Shown here: piece by piece, positions 13,503 through 27,651 of the stretch
How the letters are laid out: each line of letters starts with the position of its first letter
Position numbering within the stretch: the first letter of the stretch is position 1
NCBI RefSeq assembly: GCF_006345805.1
Contig: NC_042999.1
Location: 107,942,001-108,006,000 of the forward strand
Source of the DNA: Octopus sinensis
Taxonomy: Eukaryota
Direction: 5' to 3'
Length of the DNA: 64,000 nt
Position numbers and translations under genes: made by a program
The notes under the pieces: generated by a model
Seen by the model: the letters and a program-made list of their open reading frames with translations, nothing else
What the model was told of the DNA's origin: nothing
Databases searched by the model: none

Positions 13503-13762
13503 CATATATATATAGACACACACATATATATATATATACACATATATATATACATATATATATATACATATATATATACACACACACATATATATATATA
13601 CATATATACACACATATATATATACATATATATACACATATATATACATATATGTATACCATATATATATGCATATATATACAACATATAAATATATATA
13701 TACATATATATATATATAATATATATACACACATATATATATATACACAACAATATATATAC

Positions 13763-13793
<31 letters not shown>

Positions 13794-13828
13794 CCACACA
13801 CATATATACCACACATATATATATACAT

Positions 13829-13863
<35 letters not shown>

Positions 13864-13871
13864 ACACATAC

Positions 13872-13904
<33 letters not shown>

Positions 13905-13935
13905 AATATATATATATATAACATATATTATAATA

Positions 13936-13986
<51 letters not shown>

Positions 13987-14094
13987 TATATATATATATA
14001 TATATATACACAACATATATATATATTATATATATATACACATACATATAATATAATATATTATATACACATACATATATATATATATATATAT

Positions 14095-14126
<32 letters not shown>

Positions 14127-14198
14127 ACATACATTATTATATATGTATATATATATATATATACACATACATATATATAATATATATATAGATTATAT

Positions 14199-14239
<41 letters not shown>

Positions 14240-14322
14240 ACATATATATATATATATATATATACACATACATATATACATATATATATAATATATATAT
14301 ATATACACACATATATTTATAC

Positions 14323-14355
<33 letters not shown>

Positions 14356-14451
14356 TATATACATATATATATATATATATTATACACACATATATATACT
14401 ATATATATATATATATATATATACATAATATATATATACACATATATATAA

Positions 14452-14860
14452 TACTCTTTACTCTCTCTTTTACTTGTTTCAGTCATTTGACTGCGGCCAT
14501 GCTGGAGCACCGCCTTTAGTCGAGCAAATCGACCCCGGGACTTATTCTTTCTAAGCCCAGTACTTATTCTATCGGTCTCTTTTTGCCGAACCGCTAAGTG
14601 ACGGGGACGTAAAGACACCAGCATCGGTTGTCAAGCAATGCTAGGAGGACAAACACAGACACACAAACATATACACATACACACATAATATATACATATA
14701 TCGACAGGCTTCTTTCAGTTTCCGTCTACCAAATCCACTCACAAGGCATTGGTCGGCCTGGGGCTATAGCAGAAGACACTTGCCTAATGCCACGCAGTGG
14801 GACTGAACCCGGAACCATGTGGTTGGTAAGCAAGCTACTTACCACCACAGCCACTCCTGT
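14452..14860 (-). mobile_element. SINE family A (reverse), near-identical to 12760-13171
   Basis: Shares the tactctttactctctctttt junction and the ctaggaggac variant with the previous copy. Confidence 0.9.
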
Positions 14861-14870
14861 ATATATATAT

Positions 14871-14918
<48 letters not shown>

Positions 14919-15077
14919 TATAACATATATATATATATACACACATATATATTACATATATATATATATACACACATATATATATATACATATATATATA
15001 CACACATATATATATACATATATATATACACACATATATATACATACATATATACATATATACACACACACATATAT

Positions 15078-15108
<31 letters not shown>

Positions 15109-15156
15109 CACATATATATACATACATAATATATACATACTAATATATATATATAA

Positions 15157-15201
<45 letters not shown>

Positions 15202-15281
15202 TAATACATATATATATATATACACACACATATATATATATACACATATATATATACATATATCTATATACATATATATAT

Positions 15282-15372
<91 letters not shown>

Positions 15373-15525
15373 TATATATATACATATATATATATACACA
15401 TATATATATACATATATATATATATACACACACATATATATATATATATATTTACACATATATATACTATATATATATAATATATATATATATATACACA
15501 TATATACATATATTATATATTATAT

Positions 15526-15557
<32 letters not shown>

Positions 15558-15700
15558 CACACATTGACATATGAGTGTGAATGTGTGTATATATGCATGC
15601 ACAAACATACGCATATAGAAACAGAGACGTGTAATTTTGAATAACACTTGTTGAACTTCTTTTTGAAATCACCGATTATAACTTATTTTCTCTGCTGCAG

Positions 15701-15783
15701 GCAACTTTGGCCCTATTCTCTATAATTCATCTTCACTTTGATTCTTCTGAATTATTTGGTAATTTGGAATTAATTCAATTCAG
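15701..15783 (+). pseudogene. TRAPPC9-like exon with 1-nt frame discrepancy
   Basis: Strong acceptor ttttctctgctgcag. GNFGPILY then a frame change to IHLHFDSSELFGNL ~ [20 protein letters not shown]. 83 nt is incompatible with the phase-1 entry and phase-2 exit. Confidence 0.6.
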
Positions 15784-17519
15784 GTGCTTTTGCTACTAAC
15801 CCATTTCATTGATATTTGTTTATGCAATTGAACAAATTTATTTACATTATTAGATATTTCTCTGGTCACAATTTTTATTTCATATTATTCACATTCATAC
15901 TATTCATACTCCTCTACAATGAGATTCAAATTTATTACAAAATAAATTAGTCTATTTAGATATTGTTAATGAGAATTAATTTCTATTTCACTTTGTGTTA
16001 ACTAATTTTCAGTTTTATTATACATGGGTGGAGAGAGAGAGAGAGTTAGAAGAAATTGTAGCTGCACCAAGTTAAATAAATGCTTTATTTTTATGTATCG
16101 TTTACTCTAGGTCATTTTTGATTGAGAAGACATAATTAAATACATTCCAGTTATGGCCATCTTGTCTTAGATAAACATAAGTTTATCTCAGACTCATTTG
16201 CCTCTGTATTTTCCTTTCTTTTTATTTTTAATCCTCATTTTATAAGATGGTGCAATGTGATTTGAGAGAATTTGATTGCCTTTTCTAGCACTTTGAGCGG
16301 TTTCTGAATACATTAGCTAGTTTATGTTCTTAATTCATTTAAGTTCTAGGAATATACCAACCAATTCAACTGAATTTATCATTCTCCTAAAAAAAATAAC
16401 TGGCAATATGGTCTTTTCAAAAGAAATCAATTTTATGAACCTAGGTGAAAAGTTTTTCACCAAATTTTACATAGAAAATCAATTTTTAGTATGCACCTTT
16501 CCTGTTTATTTTGTTACCATTCAGAAATATTATTATATTCAGAATTATTATATTATATGAAAGAAAAAACAGAAAATCAGAACTAATTTAATTTATTCAA
16601 AAATAAAAAAAAGTAAAGTAATTCTTTTTTACTGAAACAACTTTTTAAAAATTATTCTATGGTTTCTAGGTATTTTTTCCAGAACTTGAAAATTTATATA
16701 TTGTTTTCAAACTTTTAATAAATCTTATTTCCTGTTTTATTCCATTGTATGTTGTTTATCCCCAAGTTGGTCTTGATTGAGCAGAACATTGTTGCTTTGA
16801 CCATAGTTACTTTTTCATGCAACACTGTCAAATGTGACCCATTTTTAGGACTGTAGGACTTTTAGTGAGACTTGGTTGGTGTTTCTAGTAGGTGAAGATA
16901 CCACATAGAGGCCCACTCATTGGTTTGTGTTCCATTATGTTAAACATATTTATGATTTCATAACATATAATCATAAAAAAAGTTAATGAATTTCATTGAA
17001 AATTATGAATAACACTCCAAGATTTCTTTAAGTGTACCAATTGCAACAATCTGAGACATAATTAATTTGAGATTAGAGCAAATATTTTGGGTGTTATTTA
17101 AAATAATTACAAAATTTAAAGTGGATTTTATTGATGATAGACTTCATATTGTTTTCTTCTCCTGGACAAAATATCATTAACATAAATGTAGAAAGTCTAA
17201 TCTTGTAGGACATGTCTAATGACTTAACAATCAGTGTAGTTGATTTTAACAAACATTTATATGTGAATGGCTTTTGAATAAGAGAAAATAATTGATTTGA
17301 TTTTAAATATCATCATCCTCATTGTTCTGTCCTTTTTACCATGTTTGCATTGGTTAGGAGAGTATTTTTTTTCTAGTTACAACTGGTGGCATGTAAAAGC
17401 ACCCAGCACATTCTGTAAAGTGGTTGGCATAAAGAAGAGCATCCAGCCATGGAAACCATGCCAAACCATCCAACCAATACCAGCATGGAAAGCGAACATC
17501 AAACAATGATGATGATGAT

Positions 17520-18075
17520 CAGAAACCTTTGCTATCTCTTTCATGCAACTCAACATCTACTGTCTTTCTTTCTTTGGCTTCTTTATCTACAATCTCCTTC
17601 CACTAAGATCACTTTACCCTTTTTGCTCCATATTTCCATATGTATTTCTTTTGTATGCCATGAATATCCATACCAGTGCAGTATTCTTTCTCGCACAGAA
17701 CAGCAGTTTTTTCTTACACACTCAGGGAAGATTAGCTGCTACAAACTCAATCATAGGCTGACTTTCAGACATAAAGCAACAACAAAACTGAAAGAAAATA
17801 AATTAAAGTGGTGTTCCAGTATGGAACACCATTAAAAGAATATATCAAAAAATTTCTCTTTTTTTTTTTTCTTTACCCCTCAGCTCACTTCTGTTCTGTA
17901 ATAAAAGCATGCTAACATTACACATGCAACCAAGCATGCTTACCACATCTCTATCCAGCTTTTGCACATCTTCAACATTCAGAGCTCACATTTTACAACC
18001 ATAGTGTCACACTTCATACACAACCATCAGAGAAGCTCTTTGTTGCCAAAAGAGGCAATAGCTCTCTGAATATTT
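17520..18075 (-). mobile_element. Degenerate RTE-clade LINE 3' fragment
   Basis: WEIFRELLPLLATK; ALNVEDVQKLDRDVVSMLGCMCNVS ~ RTE post-RT motif. Confidence 0.65.
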
Positions 18076-20092
18076 CCCAGGAGTTAATGGTATTGCTAAT
18101 TACTGTTTTTTTCAATATATGACAATATTTAATAAGAATTTCATCAATATTTTCTTTTTATTTCTTCTTTCTGCAACCACTTTTAATGTCTATTTTTCCA
18201 TCACTCTCTTTGAGCTGGATAAATCTGCAATATTGCAGTGGTTTACATGCCTTAAATCTGTATAGCTTCATTTGAAGCACAAAATTGTTTCCACTTACTT
18301 ATTCCAGAGTATACCTTGGTCTATATTTACTGCAGTTTACCATTCACCACCAACTGTAATATTTCATTACCCAACATGCATCTTTCATTCACATTACATG
18401 TTTTTACCAATGAAATTGACTCTCCTATACACATCAGCAAATACCTTTTATGAATAGTCACTTTTCAGCTTTGCTATTCTCAACTTTTCTCATGGCTTAA
18501 TATTTCACAGTCAATGGAATATTCTCAACTCATTTCCTTCAATTTCTATAGATTCTATATATTCTTCTTTACCCATTTTTCAATGTCATACAACATCAAA
18601 CTTCCTATACATGATATACATGTACATCTATTACTAGTGTACCTACATAATATATTACTGAAAGATTTGTCATTTTGAAATATCCTCATATGTTTAAAAC
18701 ATATATAACTTTTTGTGGTATGAAATTTGATGAATAAACACCAAGTTCTCAGTAGTATGTTGCAGATACTGAACTGCTTGCATAGTTTCTAACTATAATA
18801 TCATTATATCATTCTGAGTAATTCCTATTAGATCTATAATAAGAAAAGCATTCTACCTGTGATCAGCTTGCTTTTTGTTTGCTATTTGGTATAGTATATC
18901 TATGATTACAGTACCCAATATTGCATTCCTCTTTTTTTTTTCTTTTTAAAGCAGTAGGGTATAATCTAGAGGAGATTTGATTGCTATTTCTTACATATTA
19001 AGCAATTACGTAGTCTTACCTGCTGGCTCATGAAAAGTATAACAGTTGTTTTCAATTGGAAATCTTCTTGATGAGAATAGTTAGTTGCTAACACAACAAT
19101 TTGAAGTGTTGATAGCATTTAGATCTTCACAACATTACATGCCAAAGCAGATTGGACAAATTAAGTGGTTTAAGTTGTAAAATTTCAAATAAAATGTTTT
19201 TGCTACAATGATAGTTAACACATCACTAAAATATTTTCATGTAATCCCTTTAATATACCTTGTGTAGAAAACCTCTGTCAGCAATTGCCATATTCAATGA
19301 ATACAGTAAAAGTTACAAAATACATTTTCAAGAAAACTTCAGTAGAAAGGAAGGCACTGTTCCAGTCACACCACTACAAGGAAAAGTTTCCCTCTTTATA
19401 TCTCTCCTTCTCTGTATTTCTTTGTTACCCTCTCACCCTCTCTCTTCCTCCTCATTCCTCACTCAATATTTATATATATACACAATCATCTTTAGAACTT
19501 CAATTATAATTCATATTACATTATTCTTACAGAATTGACCTCTGCTATTACATACAATCATCCTTCACTAAAACTGTAGTTCAAATTCCCTCTCTACTTA
19601 GCCTCATCTTTTTTAAGACTGTAGCATTCAAATTACTCTTTCAAATGTAATGCTTATTTATTCATATTGTTTTCAGTTTATCATGCATTATTCGTGGGTT
19701 TGAGATATCAATGATGCATTTGTTCATTTTTAGAGTGACATTGTAGGGTAGGTGTAAGAGATAGGATCTGGCTGGTTTGAACATAAGACAGGTAGAATAT
19801 TTAGGCTGGATATGGCCTGTTTAAATGCTAAAGGGTTAATGATTTTGCTTAATATGTAATTGGTTTCTTTCTCAAGTATTTTGACAGCCCCTATACAAAC
19901 CAAGGGAAAAGCCTCTATGCAGTCACTTGAGCATTCCAGTATCTTTAGCCATGCCATAACATTATGTAAGAAAGAACATGTATAATGTAGTTTTTAGACG
20001 CACTAATTCAGAATAAAATATGGGGTAGGTATTGCTGAAATGTGACAAATTTGGTCTTTCCCCACACATTGTCTTTGGCATGAAAAGTTATC

Positions 20093-21141
20093 ATGTGTGT
20101 GTGTGGTAAGTCGCTTGCTTTCCAACCATGTAGTTCTGGGTTCAGTCCCACTGCATGGCACGTTGGACAAGTGTCTTCTACTATAGCTTTAGGCTGACCA
20201 AAGCCTTATGATTGGATTTGTTAGATGGAAACTGAAAGAAGACTGTTGTATATGCATATATGTTTGCATGTCTGTGTTTTTCCTCCCACCATCTCTTGAC
20301 AATAGGCATGGCTGTGTGGTAAGAAGCTTGCTTCCCAACCTCATGGTTCTGGGTTCAGTCCCACTGTCTTCTACTATTGCCTCAGGCTGAATAAAGCCTT
20401 GTGAGTGGATTGGTAAACGGAAACTTAAAGAAGCCCATCGTATATATATATATATATGTGTGTGTGTGTTTGCATGTCTGTGTTTGTCCTCCCACCATCG
20501 CTTGACAACTGATGTTGGTGTGTTTACAACCCTGTAACTTAGTGGTTCAGCAAAAGAGAGCAATAGAATAAATACTAGACTTACAAAGAATAAGTCCTGG
20601 GGTCGATTTGTTGGACTAAAAGGTGGTGCTCCAGCATGGCCACAGTCAGATGACTGAAACTAGTAAAAGAGTATAAGTAAATATCTATGTTTGTGTCTTT
20701 GTATCTGTGTTTGTCCTCCCTATTACCACTTGACAACAGTTTTGTGGTGTTTACGCCCCCATAACTTAGCAGTTTGGCAAAAAAAGACTGATAGAATAAG
20801 TACTAGGTTTTAAAAGAAAATGAATAAGTCCTGGGGTTGATTTGTTCTACTAAAACCCTTCAAGGTAGGGCTCCAGCATGGCCGTAGTTGAATGACTGAC
20901 ACAAGTTAAAGAGATATATATGTGTGTCTGTCTTTGTGTCTACATCTGACCCCTGTTACTGCTTGCCAAACATTGTTGGTGTGTTTATGTCCCGATAACA
21001 TAGCAGTTTGGCAAAAGAGACCAACAGATTAAGTATCAGTACTTTTAAAAAATATGTACCAGGGTCGATTTATTTGGCTAAAATTCTTCAAGGTGGTGCC
21101 CCAGCATGGCCACATTCTAATGACTGAAACAAGTAATAGAT
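20093..21141 (+). mobile_element. SINE family A cluster: two heads followed by three tails
   Basis: Heads at ~20093 and 20305; tails ending ~20673, ~20912 and ~21141. Confidence 0.85.
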
Positions 21142-21741
21142 AAATGCTATATATAAAAATGACAATTCATTCTGTTGCGATTCCATCTTTCAGTTTTGCA
21201 CATTTGTTCAGGTAATAGCTCTTGTTAGCTGAATAAAGGCACAAAAGTGGGAAACAGGAAATCCTCAGCTTTGAACATCGAATGCATGTTTTACAACATG
21301 TATTCACTTCTTTTTCTCTCTTTTATTCACCACACACACATGTACACATGTGAATGTGTGTGTGTGTGTATGTGTTTGTTTGTTTGTGTGTGTGTGTATA
21401 GTCCCTTTAGCTGCTGAAAGAAATTGTTTATTTCCAACAGATCTGATAGTCATGTGTATGCGTTTCTACTCACATCTAACTTTCCTGTAATGCTATAATT
21501 ATCTTCCACACAAACTTTAATAGAGTCACCTTGATAGCAGAACCTAGCTATCATTTTCCTGTGTAAACCATCTGAGCTGTCCATGTCCTTTAATTTGTGA
21601 CTTGCCTTACCAGTAACTAATCTAATATTTCAAAAAGTGTGTTAGGCTTGTAGAATTGTGTGATAAGGGCAGCATTTATTTCTAATTACTTACTTTCATG
21701 ATTATTGGTGGAATTGTTAACGGAAAAGATAAGCTTGTAAG

Positions 21742-21792
21742 AAAGAAATTACATTTTACTTTATTATATGGTTTTGTAACTGCTGCTGTCAG
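21742..21792 (+). pseudogene. TRAPPC9-like exon (RKKLHFTLLYGFVTAAV)
   Basis: 51 nt, phase 2-2, donor CAG|gtaaca; similar to HRKVVGLITI. Confidence 0.6.
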
Positions 21793-22507
21793 GTAACAGA
21801 AAATGTGGTTTCAGTTTCACAATGTAATAATTAAGCCTAGTTGATCTGCATACCGAAAATAACATTCACTTTGACAGTTGTGGGGAAAATAAAATAAAAA
21901 TTTATATAATTAGCTTTTAACGTAAATTCTCTAGTTAGGCAATAATGTATTCCTATTGCATTCGTTATCTACGAGAATAACATGAATACTGTTAAGTACA
22001 AGAATTCTGTTGTTGATTTACCATTAATTTAATTTATTGTTTGGGAATGTATATAACTTCAAAGTTGAACTTCTTTTTTTTTTGTGACTGAATTCTTTCA
22101 GATGAACAAAATAAATTATAGTAAATACAATTCAGAACAAAAATTGTTATTTATATTTGTAAAATAATTAAATTTCAAAATTGCTCTCATTTTACATTTT
22201 CATTCTTAGCTTCATTCTTCTTCATTAAAATAGTACATGCATTGACTAGTAGAGCCTTAAATTTACAATTACGAAACCCTGTGTTCAACTTCAGGTTTTA
22301 TAATTGAATGTGAAATTACAGTACTGCCCTATAGAGCTAGCCATGAATTTGCACCTTAATACAACCATTAATTTATCATGAAATAAGAGATACTTTACCT
22401 GGCTTAATCTCAATACTTCTTTAGCTATAGATAGATAACATTTTAATTTCACTGTTGAAGAATTGGCAACAGAAAGAGCAACTAACTATAAAAATTATTT
22501 TCTTCAG

Positions 22508-22560
22508 TGAAATTGAAATGGGCAATTTTGCAACTGTTCATGATAGCTTTAGATATTATT
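22508..22560 (+). pseudogene. TRAPPC9-like exon (SEIEMGNFATVHDSFRYY)
   Basis: ttttcttcag|...|gtaaga, 53 nt, phase 2-1; joins the previous exon in frame. Confidence 0.65.
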
Positions 22561-23218
22561 GTAAGATTATAAATAAAAATGATTACAATCATTTCAACAT
22601 TCCAGTAGAATGTAGAGTGTTTACAGTAAAGACATATCTTATAATATATGAGCATCTGTTGGACCAACAAAAGAGAACTATATTAATGCCCAGCATTATT
22701 AGTGTAACGATCAATTTACCTCTTTACCAACTGACCTTCAAGTTTTGAAGGAGAACATGTTGAACTCATACATCTGTGGACAGTATACTTTATAAGAGGA
22801 AACCTGTATGCAGCTACTTATTCTTTCTAAAATAATCTGTTAATAAATAACAACCAAATTCCTCCAGATCATGCTGTACCATCTTTACTGAGAGACCCAT
22901 TAGATGGTATAGTCTTTGGTATACAAAAAGAGAAGATGAATATAGCTGCCATGCCTTTGTTAATATCTGCTCAGTCAGGGCTGACCTGGGCAAAGTTGTT
23001 AATTGCTTGACTTGTTAAATAATGTCTATTAGAATTACTAACAATTAAAGACAGCAATGTTTGGTAACTTGTTATTGTTGTGTCACTCTCAAACCATGGT
23101 TGGTTTTTGTTACATGAATAAATGCAATGAATTTTTGAACTAAATAATAATATTGATGTAATGATAATAAAAATAGCATTTTTTAAAGTTCAGTGTCTAG
23201 TTATTCCCTTGTGAGCAG

Positions 23219-23313
23219 GTGTCAACATCTCAAATGAAACATCAGATCAAACTTTTCACTTGCACATTAATCCAGATGTTGTATTAAACTGTGAATACAT
23301 GAATACCATAACA
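23219..23313 (+). pseudogene. TRAPPC9-like exon (CVNISNETSDQTFHLHINPDVVLNCEYMNTIT)
   Basis: ttattcccttgtgagcag|...|gtataa, 95 nt, phase 1-0; PDVVLNCEY ~ TDVAFYPNY. Confidence 0.5.
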
Positions 23314-23816
23314 GTATAAACAGTCCTTGCTTTGCAAAATGGTCTGTGTTTTAATATACCAGAATTATGGAACATCTACAGTTTTATAGAGATTTGTGAA
23401 GCATTACTGTCTAGAGACTTCTGTGAGGAATAAGCACAGGGATTGTGTGTGATTGGAATACAAATTCATATTAGTCGCAGAAGGAAAAAAGTTTTCCCAT
23501 GCATAGACAAATATCTTTAATACCAAACACATGTGACATATTGACTACTCAAGCTAGCAAGAGAGTATCTAAGCAGTTGCTCTCCAAGTCTTCAATTTTA
23601 ATCAATCTCTCTCGAGTAATCTCAACATTAGATATTAGAAACCAATGACAAAAAGTTGTCTTGCTTAATGAATATTTATAATATGCCAATATGATATGAA
23701 GAATATACTTCAGTAACTAAATGTTAAGTGTTACTGAAATTTAATGTGGAGCTACTAAATTAGTTCACTAGGTGAATGATCTACTGAGCATGAAGGAGTT
23801 AAATATTTCAATACAG

Positions 23817-23857
23817 ATGGAAGTTGTAGAAGATTCAGCTCGTCATTTTTGTGACAA
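23817..23857 (+). pseudogene. TRAPPC9-like exon (MEVVEDSARHFCD); alternative acceptor at 23772
   Basis: Donor GACAA|gtaagt. With the next exon gives VVEDSARHFCDNLVVIYTT ~ TVEKRIEDFIESLFIVLES, gapless. Confidence 0.7.
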
Positions 23858-24220
23858 GTAAGTTAATATTAACTATTTCTTCCTATTTGCTCAGAAGAAC
23901 TTTGAGTCCATTAATAAAATACTTTCAAACTGTTTTCTGCATCATTAGTAGGAAAATACTTCTTCAGAGAAGAGTCAATAATTGGAATCTTATCTTAAAA
24001 TGCATATTGAAATGGACTAGATAATTATTCAGAGTTATATTCTCACCATAAAATCCACATGAACTGCTCATTTAGCTGTTATAGAGAATTTCTGATGAGG
24101 AAATTACCTGGTACCTCTGGGATATATAGAACTTCAATGAAGTTCTGCCATAAATGTTGAAGTTAAGAGACCATGTTTTGTATTTTCTCAGTTTTCTCAC
24201 TGTAACTTTTGTTCTTCTAG

Positions 24221-24331
24221 TCTGGTTGTCATCTATACGACTGGCTGGTATTTACACAAGAGATGCTGCTGTAATTATTATTTATCAGATAACCCATTTG
24301 GAAATATATCAATGCCATTAACTCCAAGAAT
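24221..24331 (+). pseudogene. TRAPPC9-like exon (NLVVIYTTG...GNISMPLTPR)
   Basis: ttttgttcttctag|...|gtaatg, 111 nt, phase 2-2; NISMPLTP ~ KIPLLCVP. Confidence 0.6.
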
Positions 24332-25894
24332 GTAATGGACAGCCATGTTACTAAATGTTAGTCTTTAAAATCTTTTGATATTATGTTATATTTTATTCAA
24401 TAATTATAGACATGAACAAATCTGAGGTATGTTAAGTATTTTCTTTACTGTAAGAAAATAGAGAAGACTTTAGGATTCCAAGATACATTTCAGAATTCCC
24501 GAATGTTAGACCATTTTTAACATTTGATACTTCAGCCATTCACCACTTGACACAAAGCTACTTCCCTCAATTTTGTAGCCACAACTCTGCCAAAGGGTCT
24601 TGTCTTGTGAGTTATTTGGTGATCTCACTAGTACCAATGCCATGAAAAATGCACCCAATACATTCTGTAAAGTGGTTGATATGAGGAAAGGCATCCAGTC
24701 ATAGAAACCATACCAAAGCAATGCTGTCCTCAGTCTTGTTGGATACTGTCAAACCATTCATCACATGCCAGCATGGTATAAAGACGTTAAAAGGTGGTGA
24801 GCAGGCAGAATTGTTAGCACACCAGGCAAAATGCTTAGCGGTATTTTGTCTGCCGCTACGTTCTGAGTTCAAATTCCACCGAGGTCAACTTTGCCTTTCA
24901 TCCTTTCGGGTCGATTAAATAAGTACCAGTTATGCACTGGGGTGGATGTAATTGGCTTAATCCGTGTGTCTGTCCTTGTTTGTCCCTTCTGTGTGTTTAG
25001 CCCCTTATGGGTAGTAAAGAAATAGGTATAAAGACATTAAATATCTTTCTGTCATTGATCCAAAATATTTCAACATAGTGCTAATTAATAAGGTTTCTTA
25101 ACCAATAAAGAATCAAGATAGTGTATCTGTACTTATTTTCATATGAGTGTTCTTCTTCCATTCATGACTAACCTAACTTCATTTTCCTCTGCAATTCTAT
25201 TGATACCAGCATTAAACAATATCATCAGCTCTTTTTAAGCCTATCAACTAAAAATTAAAAAAAATATTGTGATATATAAATGTCTAAGCTGCAAAAACCT
25301 TAACTGAAATTGGATGACAATAAACAACCAAATTAAAGACAACCAAGTTGATTACTTTTTATTAATGCTTTTAAAATGAGAATTATCTGAAATAACTAAT
25401 TTAGAATAATATATTGAGTTACATTTCAGAATAACTAATTTAGAATAAAATACCAGTAAAACTACTAAATACAGATGTTTAGTAGTAGTAATATGCCTTT
25501 TATAAATAGATACTAGTATGTCATCTTATGGTCTCTTAAAACACTCTGTAGAAATTTCACTCAGAAATAAAAACCATAAGATTAATTCTAAATATATATA
25601 CATTGTCAAAGAATCTTCAAAGCAAAATGAGAGATTTTAAAATATTCTTTCTTTATTGAATGTTTCACTTTGGAACTTAGTTTCAGCTGATGTCTTCCCA
25701 CAAATCCTTCAGTCACAAAAAAAAAGAGAGAAAAGACAAGGAATAAAACTATCTTTTAATTCTTATCTTCTAGAAAAAAGCAAAAAAAAAGCAGTTCAAC
25801 AAGTTTGATTTAGTACATAAAATTCATCACAAAAGTAAATAATAATTCAATAAGACATTTCAGAAATGTATACATACATACATGTATGTGCATA

Positions 25895-27072
25895 TCATCA
25901 TCATCATTTAATGTCCATTTTCCATGCTGGCATGGACTGGATGGTTTCACTGAGGTCTGGAGAGTCAGTGGCTATACCAGGCTCCAATCTGATCTGGCAA
26001 TGTTTCTGCAGCTGGATGTCCTTCTTAATGCCAACCACTCTGAGAGTGTAGTGGGTGCTTTTGACATGCCACTGGCACAGGAACTACTCAAACGAGCCTG
26101 GCATCGATCCTGTTCAGATAGTGCTTTTTACATGCCCCCAGCACAGGGGCCAGTCAGTGGGTTCTGGCATTGGCCATGTTCGGTTGGTGCTTTTTACATG
26201 CCACCAACATGAGAGCCAGTCAGGAGGCACTGACCACAGCTACTATATTGGTTTTAATTGACTCAACAGGTCTTCTCAAGCATATCATATCACCTGATGC
26301 ATCAGGGGTACTCTTAACTGGGCTGAACATGCATGGCTGCAATCTCACTTTAGTTTCTGGGTCTTCTCAATCATAGCATATCTCCAAAAGTCCCAGTCTC
26401 CTGTCATTGCCTCTGTGAGGCCCAATGTTCAAAGGTCATGCTTCACCACCTCATCCCAGGTCTTCCTGGGTATGCCTCTTACACAAGTTCCTTCCACTGT
26501 TAGGGTGTGGCACTTCTTCACACATGTGATGGTACTTATTATATCAGTTTCTGTACATCTTCAATGTTTATTGCCCCTGTGCATCTGCACACACAAAACT
26601 ATTTTCTCAGTTAACTTTCCTTTGATATTGCTGCATCTTTTATGTCTCCATTGCTTACACCAGGTACATCGTATGGAGTTTCTACCCATGCTTTTTCTAC
26701 TGAAGGGGTTTGTAATTTGACAGCCTTCCTACTTACTAAGATTTTGCTTCGATTCTAGACCGTGCTTCCTCACCCTAAACTTCGTTTCTAATTCTGGCAG
26801 TGATTCAGCTTCTAGAGGAAGGTCATCAGTGTAGAGGAGCTCCCAGGGGCAGTCTGTCTTGAATTCATCTGTTATTTCCTCTAGGACTATAATGAATAAG
26901 AGTGGGCTGAGGACTGATCCTTTGTGAACTCCTACTTCTACTCAGAATTCTTCACTATTTTCATTGCCAACCCTCACCTTACTGACAGTATCCCGGTACA
27001 GGGCTTGTACAGCTCTTACCAACCACTTGTCTATCTCCAGTTTCCGCATTGACCACTAGATAAGGGATCAGG
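25895..27072 (-). mobile_element. 5'-truncated RTE-clade LINE with internal deletions
   Basis: VGVHKGSVLSPLLFIIVL...WELLYTDDL (RT), GRNSIRCTWCKQWRHKRC, GIPRKTWDEVVKHDL, then the 3' tail ending in (GAT)n. Confidence 0.9.
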
Positions 27073-27091
27073 AGATGTATGTATATGTATG

Positions 27092-27130
<39 letters not shown>

Positions 27131-27651
27131 TCATCATCATCATCATTTAGCGTTCGCTTTCCATGCTAGCATGGGTTGGACGGTGTGTGTGTGTGTGTGT
27201 ATAAACACACACTTACATCAGCATTTTGATTTTTATTTTGAAAATACTTATAAGAAAAATAACAATTGAATTTTTACTGTCAGTGAGTGAATTTCATACT
27301 CGATACCAATTAACATATTTATTTTGTTTTAATTATGAAATCATGAAGTGAAAAGTAAACTTTTGAGTTAAAATAATAACCATGGATACTTTTAAGATCA
27401 ATATTTAGCTTTCATTTAATTAGTCAGACGGCTTACATTTTCATATAAGTTGTATTCTATATGAAGTGATCTCATATTTATGATGTCATGTTTATGAATA
27501 TGAATAATCATAATAATTATTATTTATTTGAGGAAATAACTGTTAGCTATTGAGAAAAGTCTTCAGGGAACTCATGTACGTTTCCTTACTTATGAATGTG
27601 CTTATTTATTTATTAATGTATTTATTTATTTATTAAAGAAATAACTGTTAG

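Larger units (their letters stand above)
11946..15560. repeat. Very long irregular (TA)n/(TATAC)n low-complexity block containing two SINEs
   Basis: Directly visible; the source of the I/Y-rich pseudo-ORFs. Smaller blocks at ~10600-10872, ~11510-11610 and ~58875-59075. Confidence 0.95.

Noticed and set aside
10506-15509. Dozens of long I/Y/H/T-rich ORFs in the track
   Set aside because: Translations of (TA)n/(CA)n microsatellite, which lacks stop codons; one spans the N gap.
23772-24270. Initial guesses of NTPDase (ARHFCD) or DCAF17 (LVVIYTTG)
   Set aside because: Single short motifs only; the flanking exons fit TRAPPC9 co-linearly instead.
25165-25235. Minus-strand exon-like frame (LMILFNAGINRIAEENEVR|gttagt)
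   Set aside because: Poor acceptor, no phase-compatible neighbours and no homology recognised.
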